Shown here piece after piece: positions 9,812 through 19,500 of a stretch of 64,000 nucleotides of DNA (positions are counted from its first letter, which is position 1; each line of letters starts with the position of its first letter). The notes under the pieces are model-generated. The model saw only the letters and a program-made list of their open reading frames with translations. It had not been told where the DNA came from and searched no databases. A program made the translations under genes and the position numbers. Source of the stretch: a virus (taxonomy: Duplodnaviria > Caudoviricetes); IMG/VR virus record IMGVR_UViG_3300046820_001270, positions 256,001-320,000 of that record. One strand, written 5' to 3'.

Positions 9812-9843
9812 AGTAATAAAATTAATTAACCAAACAAAAATCA

Positions 9844-12753
9844 ATGGCAAGTAATAACAGAGTTTTCGTGTCTCCAGGTGTCTACACATCTGAACTCGAT
9901 TTAACATTTGTAGCACAGAGTGTAGGTGTTACAACATTAGGTTTAGCGGGTGAGACTTTAAAAGGTCCAGCTTTCGAACCTATTTTAATTTCTAATTTTG
10001 ACGACTTTAAATTGTATTTTGGTTCAACATCTCCTGAAAAATTTGGTGATGGTAATCCAAAATATGAATTAGGTTACGTAGCAAAATCGTATTTACAAGA
10101 ATCAAATCAATTGTTCGTAACAAGAGTATTAGGTCTTACAGGATATAAACCATATAAAACATTCGGTATAAAAACTATCGGTGGTGTTATTTTACAAGAA
10201 TATGTTAGTGGTTTTACCTTTGAGGTTAATACAGTGTCAAGTACTACTTTTGACAATACACCTCAAGTTTATGAAAAATTATTTGATAAACCGGCGTATG
10301 ATGGTAAAACAATTACCGAATATATTATTTCAAATTTTAGTGGTTTTACAAGTGCTGATGCCGGTAAATGGTTTGTTTTAGGTAAAATACCTGATGGAGA
10401 ATCATTACCAAGTGCCTCAAAAGAATTAGTTTCTCCATTAACTGGAAAATATAATTCTGAAAATTATAACACTAAAGAATGGTATAATACATTGTTTAAT
10501 TTATCAACACCAGGAGATACAACAACAGTAGATTCCGTTTATTCTTTTATATTTGAATTTATAAGTGAAAGTGGTTCTACTAGATTTGACGTTACAAGAT
10601 ATGAATATGATGCACAATTAGCCGAAGACTATCATAATGTGGTGGTTGCAGCTATTAGACCAAGAGGTGTTTATAGTGGTCAAACGTTAATTCATGAAGT
10701 TACTGGTAATACAAGTTTCACATTAACTGAAGTTTCAGGTAGTAATTTAAATTTCAATCCATTAGGTGAATTTACAATTAATGTAACAGGTTTCACAGAC
10801 GGAGCAAAAGAATTTACATGTACATTTGATACAACATCTTCAAAATATATTTCTAAAGTATTAGGAACAGAACCATTTGATAAAGATCGTGGTAATTATC
10901 CTGTTTATGTTCACGAAACATACCCTAATTACTTAATGGCAGCATATCAAAGAGGTTTAATTAGAGGTATCTCTATGGAAGCTTCTTATGAATTAGAAGG
11001 TAATAACTTCTTAGATTCTTGGGATACCACAATTTCACCAATGGTTGTATCTGAGGTTCGTGGTGGTAACGTTGCGGATTTATTCCAAGTTATCACAATA
11101 TCTGATGGAGAAGCTGCAAACTTCCAAGTTAAAGTTAATATTCAAAATATTAATTTAGAAACAATGGAATTTGATTTAGTAGTTCGTGATTTTAACGATA
11201 CTGATGATAATCAAGTTGCTTTAGAGAAATATTCAAGATGTTCAATGAATCCTGATATGCCAGGTTATGTGGCTAAGAAGATTGGTACATCTGATGGTGA
11301 ATATGCGTTAGTATCTAAGAGAATTATGTTAATGATGGCGGACGGTGCACCTGTAGATGCTGTACCTGCAGGATTTAAAGGTTTTGCGAATAACGAAGCT
11401 TTTGGATCTGATAACGATACTTTTGGTAATATTATCTACAAAACAAGATATAACGACGCGGGTGACGTTGAAACATATGACGTATCAGGTGCTCCGAATA
11501 TTGAATCAGGAGATAAAGTAAGAAAAGTAATGTTAGGTTTATCAAGTACATCTGGATTTGACCAAGATTTATTGAAATTTAAAGGTGCAAGTGGTACAAC
11601 TGAAACATTTGGTTTTCACTTGTCAACAAATGCTTCAACAATCCTTGATACAAACGGAAAACAAATTTTCCAAACTACATCATACGATTTAGAAGGTCAA
11701 ACAGAAGAAGACACAAACAAATTAACAAATATTAACTATCGTAAGTTCTCATTCGCAGTTTACGGTGGTAGAGACGGTTGGGATATCTATAGAACAACAA
11801 GAACAAATACAGACGCTTATATCTTTGGTAAAACAATCTATAAGTCAGGTCATACAGTAAACGGTGGTGTGTTTAGTTCAAATGTAGGTAATTCTGATTA
11901 TTATGCTTACTTACAGGCTATCAAAACATATGAAAACCCTGAGGCAATTGATATTAACGTATTTGCGACCCCTGGTATTAACTTCCAAGAACATAGTTCA
12001 TTAGTTAACCAAGCAATTGACATGATCGAATCTGATAGAGCGGATTCATTATATATTATGAACTCACCTAATATCACAGGTGCTACCGCAACTGATGAAA
12101 TAGTGTCTTCTTTAGATAATGCTTCAATAGATTCTAACTACTCAGCAACATATTGGCCTTGGATCCAAGTAAGAGATACAGATAACGCAACTCAATTATA
12201 TATCCCACCAACAGGTGAGGTAGTTAAGAACATTGCCTTAACTGACAATGTGTCTTATCCTTGGTTCGCAGTTGCGGGTTATAGTAGAGGTTTAGTAAAT
12301 GCGATTAAAGCGACTAAGAAATTGACTTTAGACGATAGAGATGTATTATATAAGAACAGAATTAACCCAATTGCAACATTCTCTGATACAGGTACCATTA
12401 TTTGGGGTAATAAAACATTACAAGTTAGAGAATCGGCTTTAGATAGAATCAACGTAAGAAGATTGTTATTAAGAGCAAGAAAGTTAATTTCGGCAGTTTC
12501 TGTGAGATTATTGTTTGAACAAAACGACGAACAAGTAAGAAACGAATTCTTAAGATTGGTAAATCCTATCTTGGATGCAATTAAGAAAGAAAGAGGTTTA
12601 TACGATTTCCGTGTAACAGTATCTAACGATCCTGAGGATATTGACGCAAACACAATGAGAGGTAAGATCTACATCAAACCAACTCGTTCTCTTGAATTCA
12701 TTGACGTAGAGTTCGTGATTACTCCAACAGGAGCTTCATTTGAAAATATCTAA
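9844..12753 (+). CDS. Contractile tail sheath protein (T4 gp18-like), 969 aa
   Basis: N-terminal SPGVYTSELD; C-terminal YWPW, PWFAVAG, NRINPI, WGNKT, RINVRRL, LFEQND. Confidence 0.95.
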   Translation: MASNNRVFVSPGVYTSELDLTFVAQSVGVTTLGLAGETLKGPAFEPILISNFDDFKLYFGSTSPEKFGDGNPKYELGYVAKSYLQESNQLFVTRVLGLTGYKPYKTFGIKTIGGVILQEYVSGFTFEVNTVSSTTFDNTPQVYEKLFDKPAYDGKTITEYIISNFSGFTSADAGKWFVLGKIPDGESLPSASKELVSPLTGKYNSENYNTKEWYNTLFNLSTPGDTTTVDSVYSFIFEFISESGSTRFDVTRYEYDAQLAEDYHNVVVAAIRPRGVYSGQTLIHEVTGNTSFTLTEVSGSNLNFNPLGEFTINVTGFTDGAKEFTCTFDTTSSKYISKVLGTEPFDKDRGNYPVYVHETYPNYLMAAYQRGLIRGISMEASYELEGNNFLDSWDTTISPMVVSEVRGGNVADLFQVITISDGEAANFQVKVNIQNINLETMEFDLVVRDFNDTDDNQVALEKYSRCSMNPDMPGYVAKKIGTSDGEYALVSKRIMLMMADGAPVDAVPAGFKGFANNEAFGSDNDTFGNIIYKTRYNDAGDVETYDVSGAPNIESGDKVRKVMLGLSSTSGFDQDLLKFKGASGTTETFGFHLSTNASTILDTNGKQIFQTTSYDLEGQTEEDTNKLTNINYRKFSFAVYGGRDGWDIYRTTRTNTDAYIFGKTIYKSGHTVNGGVFSSNVGNSDYYAYLQAIKTYENPEAIDINVFATPGINFQEHSSLVNQAIDMIESDRADSLYIMNSPNITGATATDEIVSSLDNASIDSNYSATYWPWIQVRDTDNATQLYIPPTGEVVKNIALTDNVSYPWFAVAGYSRGLVNAIKATKKLTLDDRDVLYKNRINPIATFSDTGTIIWGNKTLQVRESALDRINVRRLLLRARKLISAVSVRLLFEQNDEQVRNEFLRLVNPILDAIKKERGLYDFRVTVSNDPEDIDANTMRGKIYIKPTRSLEFIDVEFVITPTGASFENI

Positions 12754-12777
12754 TCTAAAAGGAGATATAAAAAGAAG

Positions 12778-12806
12778 AAGGGTATCAGAAATGGTACCCT
12801 TTTTTT
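12778..12806 (+). terminator. Rho-independent terminator after the sheath gene
   Basis: Stem aagggtatc / ggtaccctt (one G-U pair), 6-nt loop, followed by a T run. Confidence 0.75.
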
Positions 12807-12814
12807 ATGTGGAA

Positions 12815-12830
12815 TGCTCCACGTGGAACG
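12815..12830. other. parS-like palindrome TGCTCCACGTGGAACG
   Basis: 14/16 match to the chromosomal parS variant TGTTCCACGTGGAACA, with a perfect 10-bp core TCCACGTGGA. Intergenic. Confidence 0.5.
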
Positions 12831-12866
12831 TTTTATATAAAGAAAAAATAATTATACTTTACCCAG

Positions 12867-12893
12867 AATACTAGAACTAGATATTCTAGTATT
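12867..12893. repeat. 10-bp perfect inverted repeat in an AT-rich spacer
   Basis: aatactagaa (12867-12876) and ttctagtatt (12884-12893), 7-nt loop. Confidence 0.8.
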
Positions 12894-13082
12894 TATTAAG
12901 TATATATTATTTATTAAAGTAGAGTATTAAACTGGAACTATATACTGGGGCCTGTAAAAAACTACGAAAAATAATTGACATAAACAACCTTTTTGAGATA
13001 ATTAATTCAAAATAAAATTATTTTCCTTTTGGATATATTTATTAGAAAGTAAATAACTAACAAAATTTAACAAACACACAAT

Positions 13083-13571
13083 ATGGCCGATTTATTAATG
13101 AAAATGCCGACACCTTACGAACCAAAAAGGGTCAACCGATTTATCGTAAGATTTAACTCATCTTTGGGTATAAACGAATGGTACATATCTGCAGCTTCTA
13201 GACCAAGTGCTAAAATCAACTCAGTTGCAATTCCTTTCTTGAACACTTCAACATATGTTGCAGGTAGATTTGAATGGAACGAAATTAAAGTGACTTTTAG
13301 AGATCCAATTGGTCCTTCAGCATCACAAGCACTTATGGAATGGTTCCGTTTACATGCTGAATCAGTTACAGGTCGTATGGGATATGCTGCAGGTTATAAG
13401 AAAGATGTAGAATTGGAGATGTTAGATCCGACAGGAGTTGTGGTTGAAAAATGGTTATTAGAAAACTGTTTCTTAACTGACTTAAACTTTGGTGAATTAG
13501 ATTACAACAGAGATGAATTAGCTAATATCACATGTTCTTTGAGAATGGATAGATGTATTTTGATATACTAA
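13083..13571 (+). CDS. Tail tube protein (T4 gp19-like)
   Basis: 162 aa directly after the sheath gene; EPKRVNRF, GRFEWNEIKVTFRD, YKKDVELEMLDPTGVVVEKW, L-R-M-D-R-C. Confidence 0.92.
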   Translation: MADLLMKMPTPYEPKRVNRFIVRFNSSLGINEWYISAASRPSAKINSVAIPFLNTSTYVAGRFEWNEIKVTFRDPIGPSASQALMEWFRLHAESVTGRMGYAAGYKKDVELEMLDPTGVVVEKWLLENCFLTDLNFGELDYNRDELANITCSLRMDRCILIY

Positions 13572-13592
13572 TATTACAATTTTTCATATACG

Positions 13593-13630
13593 AAAACTGA
13601 TAGTTCAAAAGATTATCGGTTTTTCTTTTT
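13593..13630 (+). terminator. Rho-independent terminator after the tube gene
   Basis: Stem aaaactgatagt / attatcggtttt, loop tcaaaag, followed by a T-rich tail. Confidence 0.65.
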
Positions 13631-13674
13631 TAAAAACTTTACTTTAGACTAGTTATTAAGTAAATTATAGTATT

Positions 13675-14424
13675 ATGGAAGAAATGAGAATAGACCCAAC
13701 AATTGCGTATGATGTGGTAGAATTACCTAGTAGAGGTATTCATTATACAAACAAAAAAAAATCAGTAAGAGTGGCTTATTTAACAGCTTCAGATGAGAAT
13801 ATACTTTCATCTCCTAGTTTTTTAAATACAAATACTGTAATTCCTGAACTTTTAAGAAGAAAAATATTGGATAAAGATTTTTCTATTGAGGAACTTGTTG
13901 AAGAAGACAAACAGGCAATTTTAATATTTTTAAGAAACACATCTTTTGGATCTGAATATATGGTAACAACATATGATCCAAAAACAGATAAAGAATTTGA
14001 AGTAAAAGTTAATTTAGAAAGTTTAAAACTAAAAGATTTTAATTTAAATGAAGATTCTAATGGTGAGTATTCATATTATTTAGATAAAAGTAAAGTTGAT
14101 GTTACATTTAAATTTTTAACCAAAAAACAAGAAGATGAAATTGAAAAAATAAAAGAAAGTTGGAATGGTAATGGTGTGGCTCCTGTTATAACAAAACAAC
14201 TTGAAATGATGATAAAATCATTTGGTGGTGTAAGAGACGCTTTAAAAATTAGAAGTTTTATTGAATTAATGCCAATTAAAGATTCCCAAGATTTTAGAAA
14301 ATTTATACAAGATAATAAACCAGGGTTAGATTTAACCCAACAAGTAACAACCCCATCAGGAGATACAATCCAAGTTAATATTGGGTTTGGGGTAGAATTT
14401 TTTCGTCCTTTCTACGGATTATAA
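13675..14424 (+). CDS. Tail assembly chaperone / baseplate hub assembly protein (T4 gp26-like), short 'G' product
   Basis: VELPSRG...YLTASDENIL motif, located between tube and tape-measure genes, ends GVEFFRPFYGL. Confidence 0.75.
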   Translation: MEEMRIDPTIAYDVVELPSRGIHYTNKKKSVRVAYLTASDENILSSPSFLNTNTVIPELLRRKILDKDFSIEELVEEDKQAILIFLRNTSFGSEYMVTTYDPKTDKEFEVKVNLESLKLKDFNLNEDSNGEYSYYLDKSKVDVTFKFLTKKQEDEIEKIKESWNGNGVAPVITKQLEMMIKSFGGVRDALKIRSFIELMPIKDSQDFRKFIQDNKPGLDLTQQVTTPSGDTIQVNIGFGVEFFRPFYGL

Positions 14425-14554
14425 AAAAATACAATTAGATGAAATACTCTTTTTAGTTAAAAGAGGGTTTAGTTATGGTGATATCCTTACTATGCCAGTT
14501 TATTTACGAAGATATTATGTAGGGTATCTAATTGAATTAGAAAATGGTACATAG
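14396..14554 (+). CDS. Start-less 'T' extension of the tail chaperone, reached by programmed frameshift
   Basis: The +1 frame is open for 52 codons (NFFVLSTDYKKIQLDEILFLVKRGFSYGDILTMPVYLRRYYVGYLIELENGT) with no ATG/GTG/TTG before codon 33. It overlaps TTT_TTT_CGT_C at 14398-14407. Confidence 0.7.
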   Translation, partial: NFFVLSTDYKKIQLDEILFLVKRGFSYGDILTMPVYLRRYYVGYLIELENGT

Positions 14555-14568
14555 TTGTATTTATAGGT

Positions 14569-16452
14569 ATGCCTAATTATTCAAAAATTTTAAAAGAATC
14601 AAGAAACGCTCAAGAAGCCATTGATAAATGGAAAAGTCAAAACAATAGAGTAATTGACGGAGCAACTGAAGCGTCTTTTAGAAATGAACCGGCATCATCA
14701 TTTAAAGGAGGTAGTACTATGAGTAGTGGTGATGAAGAAGTATCGGGTACAATATCTAGTCCGTATGATGTTTTAAAAGCAGGTAGAGGTAGATCGACCA
14801 TATCTGAAATGAGTGGTCAATATAAAGTAAAAACAGATGACTTAGGTGGATTTAATGTTGAAATAGAAATATTAAAACAACTTAAAAGAGAATCTGATTT
14901 ACATACTGAGATTAATGAAAAAATGGGTATTACTGGAGAATTGTCCAGAGTATTCAGAGATACCTTATTAGATACGGTACCCAAGGCTGCATCACTTAAC
15001 TATGATATGGGGAATATCGCAGAAATGGTAACCCAATTATCGGCAAATACAGGTAAATTTAATTTAATCGCGGAAAGAACATTAGAACGTTCATTTGAAA
15101 CTGCTAGAGCATTCGGTTTAACATTACCTCAACTTGCGGATGCGATGAGTGAATTTGAAAAAGTTGGTTATGGTGCCTCAGATACACTTAAAAAAATTAA
15201 TAAAGCGGGAATTGATACACTTAGTCTTGGTTTAAATTCAAAAAAACTTACACAAGAATTAAAAGATAATATTGGTAAATTAAATGAATATGGATTCGCA
15301 AATGGAGTTGCTGGTTTAAATAGAATGGTACAAAAGGCAACAGAATTTAGAATGAATATAGCCGAATCATTCAAATTGGCGGATAAAGTAATGAATCCCG
15401 AAAGTGCAATTGAATTGACTGCAAATATGCAAATGTTAGGTGGTGCAATTGGTGACCTTAATGATCCACTTAAATTAATGTATATGGCAACTAATAATGT
15501 TGAAGGTTTACAAGACGCATTACATGGGGCGGCCGCTGGTTTAGCAACATACAATAAAGAACAAGGAAAATTTGAAATAGTAGGTGCTAATCTAAGAAGA
15601 GCAAAAGAAATGGCATCTCAATTAGGTATATCATACCAAGAATTTGCGAAAGGTGCGGTCGCGGCAAACGAAAGAATTGCTGCAGGTGAAGCGTTAGCCT
15701 CCAAAGGATTTAATATTAAAGATGACGAAAAAGAATTCTTAACCAACTTAGCACAAATGAAAGATGGTGAAATGCAAATCGTTATCCCAAAATCATTAGA
15801 AGATAGTTTAGGAAAAGAATTAGGAGGAGAAAAAGAAATTAAACTAAGTCAATTAACTAAAGATCAAATAGATAAGTTAGTACAATATCAAGAACAGTTA
15901 GAGAACAAAACCGCAGAAGAATTGGCTAGAGATATGTTCAATTCATCAAAGAACATAGAATTATATACACAACAAACGACATTAGCATTAACAAAATATG
16001 GTAAAGATATAACTTTAGGTAAAAATGAAAGACCTGACGGTCCTTTAGAGAGTTTATCTAGATTACAAGCTAAAGGAGGTAAACTTAAGGCGGATTTAAT
16101 ATCGAATAATCCTGAATTTTTAAAAAATCTTTTTGAAGAAACTTTTGGACAGGCTTTTCAAGGGACAAATGGTTTAATAAATGCGGTTAAAATGGGATTT
16201 AGTGGACTTACAATTGCGGGAGAATCTCTAGTTCAAAAATTAGAACAGTATATAAAAAATACTCCTAACGAGAAATATGATAAAAAGGTGAAAGAAGAAG
16301 AGAAATGGAATGAAAGTTCTAAAGTTAAAGATCGAAGAGTTACATTTAATAATAATCTTAAAATCACACATGTAGGATTAGGAGACGGTACGATAAGTGA
16401 TATCACCAAAACAGAAAAAGGGTATTTAACCGGTTATGATGATTGGGGATAA
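14569..16452 (+). CDS. Tape measure protein
   Basis: 627 aa, predicted helical and Ala/Gly/Leu/Lys-rich, in the canonical position after tube and chaperone genes. Confidence 0.75.
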   Translation: MPNYSKILKESRNAQEAIDKWKSQNNRVIDGATEASFRNEPASSFKGGSTMSSGDEEVSGTISSPYDVLKAGRGRSTISEMSGQYKVKTDDLGGFNVEIEILKQLKRESDLHTEINEKMGITGELSRVFRDTLLDTVPKAASLNYDMGNIAEMVTQLSANTGKFNLIAERTLERSFETARAFGLTLPQLADAMSEFEKVGYGASDTLKKINKAGIDTLSLGLNSKKLTQELKDNIGKLNEYGFANGVAGLNRMVQKATEFRMNIAESFKLADKVMNPESAIELTANMQMLGGAIGDLNDPLKLMYMATNNVEGLQDALHGAAAGLATYNKEQGKFEIVGANLRRAKEMASQLGISYQEFAKGAVAANERIAAGEALASKGFNIKDDEKEFLTNLAQMKDGEMQIVIPKSLEDSLGKELGGEKEIKLSQLTKDQIDKLVQYQEQLENKTAEELARDMFNSSKNIELYTQQTTLALTKYGKDITLGKNERPDGPLESLSRLQAKGGKLKADLISNNPEFLKNLFEETFGQAFQGTNGLINAVKMGFSGLTIAGESLVQKLEQYIKNTPNEKYDKKVKEEEKWNESSKVKDRRVTFNNNLKITHVGLGDGTISDITKTEKGYLTGYDDWG

Positions 16453-16502
16453 TATTACAATAAAAAAACCATATATTACCTATTTATAGTTAAAAGAATA
16501 TA

Positions 16503-19500
16503 ATGCCAAAATACCTAGATTTTGATGCTACTAAGGATTTTAGGGATAAAATGTTAAATAGGACATTAAATCCTGTTTATGGAAAAAGTCCGTCCCCTAA
16601 AACTTTTACAAGTTCTAACTATAGTATCCAAACTTTAGGAGATAGTCCAAATTTATTATTACCTCAAGTTGATGGTAATAGGTCAAATGATCTATTAATA
16701 CCACAAAAATCAAATGTTTTTAAACCAAATGAATATTTTGTTAAAGACAGTATTAATGATATACCTAGAAGAGCAAATTTAAATTTATATCCATATTTTA
16801 TCCAAAGTGACGATAATTTAATCGGTATAATGTTAACTAAAAACTACGATACCGAGTCTGAATTATTTAAATTTGCTGCAAATAATATAAGAACCAACCC
16901 ACAAGGTCCGGTTTTAGCGAGAATCAGTAAAAATCTTAATACCGCAATTAATGCAAAAAATAAAATAGGTGAGGCTTTAGGTGGTAATACAACTACATTG
17001 ATTAATATTATTAGAGGTAAACAACCTTTAATTGAGGGAAATGAAAGTATCACGGTATCAAGTAGTTTATTAGGTAAAGGATTTGATTTTTTACAGACAG
17101 TTGCAGGAACTCAATTACCTTTTAGTACAATACCAGGTGATTATTTAACAAATCCCCGTAATCCGATTAATATAAGACCGACTAATGTTTCTACAGGAAC
17201 AAAGGTTTGGCAAGATTTAACAGGGGTTTTAGGGTCAATAGTGGGTATTCAAAGAAGACCACTACCATCAAGAAAACCATCTGATATTTTGATTGAACAC
17301 ATGGGTGAATCATCAAAAAATAGATTATTTGATTTATTGAGTTTTTCTAAATACGCACCAAATTACACAACCACTGCGAGATCACAAATGTCCACCAATG
17401 TTGGTAGAATCCCAAGTCAATTTGCACAAGGAATTAAGAACGCATTAGGAATGGAGGCACCAAATAGTGGTGCATATATAGGTGATGATAGAGAAAATGA
17501 TGTAAAAAATGCCACCACAGATTTGTTTAGTGGAAGACCTGTAAGAAGTAGTTATTATCTTACATTAATGTTTGATAAAGTTGCTGCAGAATTATTTCAT
17601 AAAAATAGAGGTATTACTGAAAACGGACCAATTGGTGGTAATTTAACTTGGTTAAGTAAAAATGGAACAACAAAAGACATTAGTTTTCAATATATTAATG
17701 AAGACATATCGACAAAATATAATTTTAGAGAGGATTCTATTTTAAATATTACACAACAAATATTAGACTCAAAACCACAAAATGGTGGAGATGCTTTATC
17801 ACATATAGGTCACGTATTAGATCAAACAAGTAGATATTTTAAAGATGGTGATACATTAATTTCCAGAGGTTCAGGTGTACGTTATATGGATAACTCAGGT
17901 AAAGATATTGGTGTTGAATATGCTAGAGTATGGACAAAAGATAGACCTTATTTTACATATGGTGATACAATGCCATTATGGAAAGAAAGTGTAAAAAAAC
18001 CATATTATAATGGTGCAACAGGAGGTACAGGAGATACTACTAATAGTAAAAGTAATTTTTATAGAAGAACAGGTATTAGAAGATTTGATGGTAGTGTAAT
18101 GACAAATCCGTGGAATTTAAATATTGCACCAATGTCAGACGGAACTACAAATCCAGAATTTCCTGGATCATCTAATATAATTAAAAACCCAAAAGGGAAT
18201 GGATTTTACGCTAAAAAATATATGTTATCTATTGAAAATTTAGCATGGGCGGCGTCAACACTTCCGGGTTATACTGTAAATGATTTACCATTTTCAGAAA
18301 GAGGACCAAATGGAGGCCGTGTTATGTGGTTTCCACCATATGATTTGAAAGTGTCTGAACAAAATAGTGCAAAATGGGAACCAAATACATTTTTAGGTAG
18401 ACCAGAACCAATATATACATATCAAAATACAGAAAGAAATGGTAGCTTATCATTCAAAGTAATTGTCGATCACCCAAGTATATTAAATTTACTAATAAGA
18501 GAACATTTTAAATCTGTTAATGATGAAGATGTTGATAAATTTTTAAACGCATTTTTTGCAGGAGCAAAGGATATTGATTTTTATAGTTTAATCAGACAAT
18601 ATTCACATTTAGATTCGGACGATATAAAAATGATTCAAAATTATCTAAATGACGGTGGAAGTCCTTCAGATATAAAAAGACGTAAAACAGCAACATCATC
18701 ACCTACACAAGATAATCCAGGTGGAAGTGATAGTTTTGATGCAAATAAAGATAAGGTAAATGAAACATTAAATTTTTATTTTCTAAACGCCTTTCCTGAA
18801 GCCGGAGACGACTTATTTAAATCAAATATGTCATTTGATTTAGTAAGTAATGGTACAATTTTAGATACCAAAATTCAAGAAAAAAATAAACAATTATTAA
18901 GAGAGTCATTAAATAAAATTATAAACAGTACCGACACAAAAGATATTGAGGATAGAGAAAGTATTTTTAAAAGAAAAGATATTCCAAGTGATCAAACAGG
19001 TACCACAATAAATAAAAAAATAACAGAACTTGAAAATATTTTTACCGAATCAACCACATCAAATAGTAAACTAATAGATATATTAACAAAATTAAAGAAA
19101 GATTTAAAAGATGAAAATATTGAAGGAGATGTTGTTGTAAATGTTAGCTCATATACATCAAAGGCGGGAGAGGAAAATTTAAATTTTAACCTTTCATTTA
19201 GAAGATCACATTCTTTATTTTTATATCTTTTTAATAATATCAAAAAAGACGGTACTAATATAGATTTAAAAAAATGGACGTTTTCAAAATTAGAGTCTGA
19301 CGTACCGGCAAAAGGAAAAGAAAGATTTGTTATTGAAAAAGAATTTTCAATAAAAGAATTAGGTTATAATGGAGAAGGAAGTGTAATTTTCAGATCAAAC
19401 AATTTTGGTGCAGATAATAATTTACAATCAGGATATTGTAATACTACAAATTATAATGACATTTCTTTAACATATTATGCTCCGAGTTCATATGGGTGTA

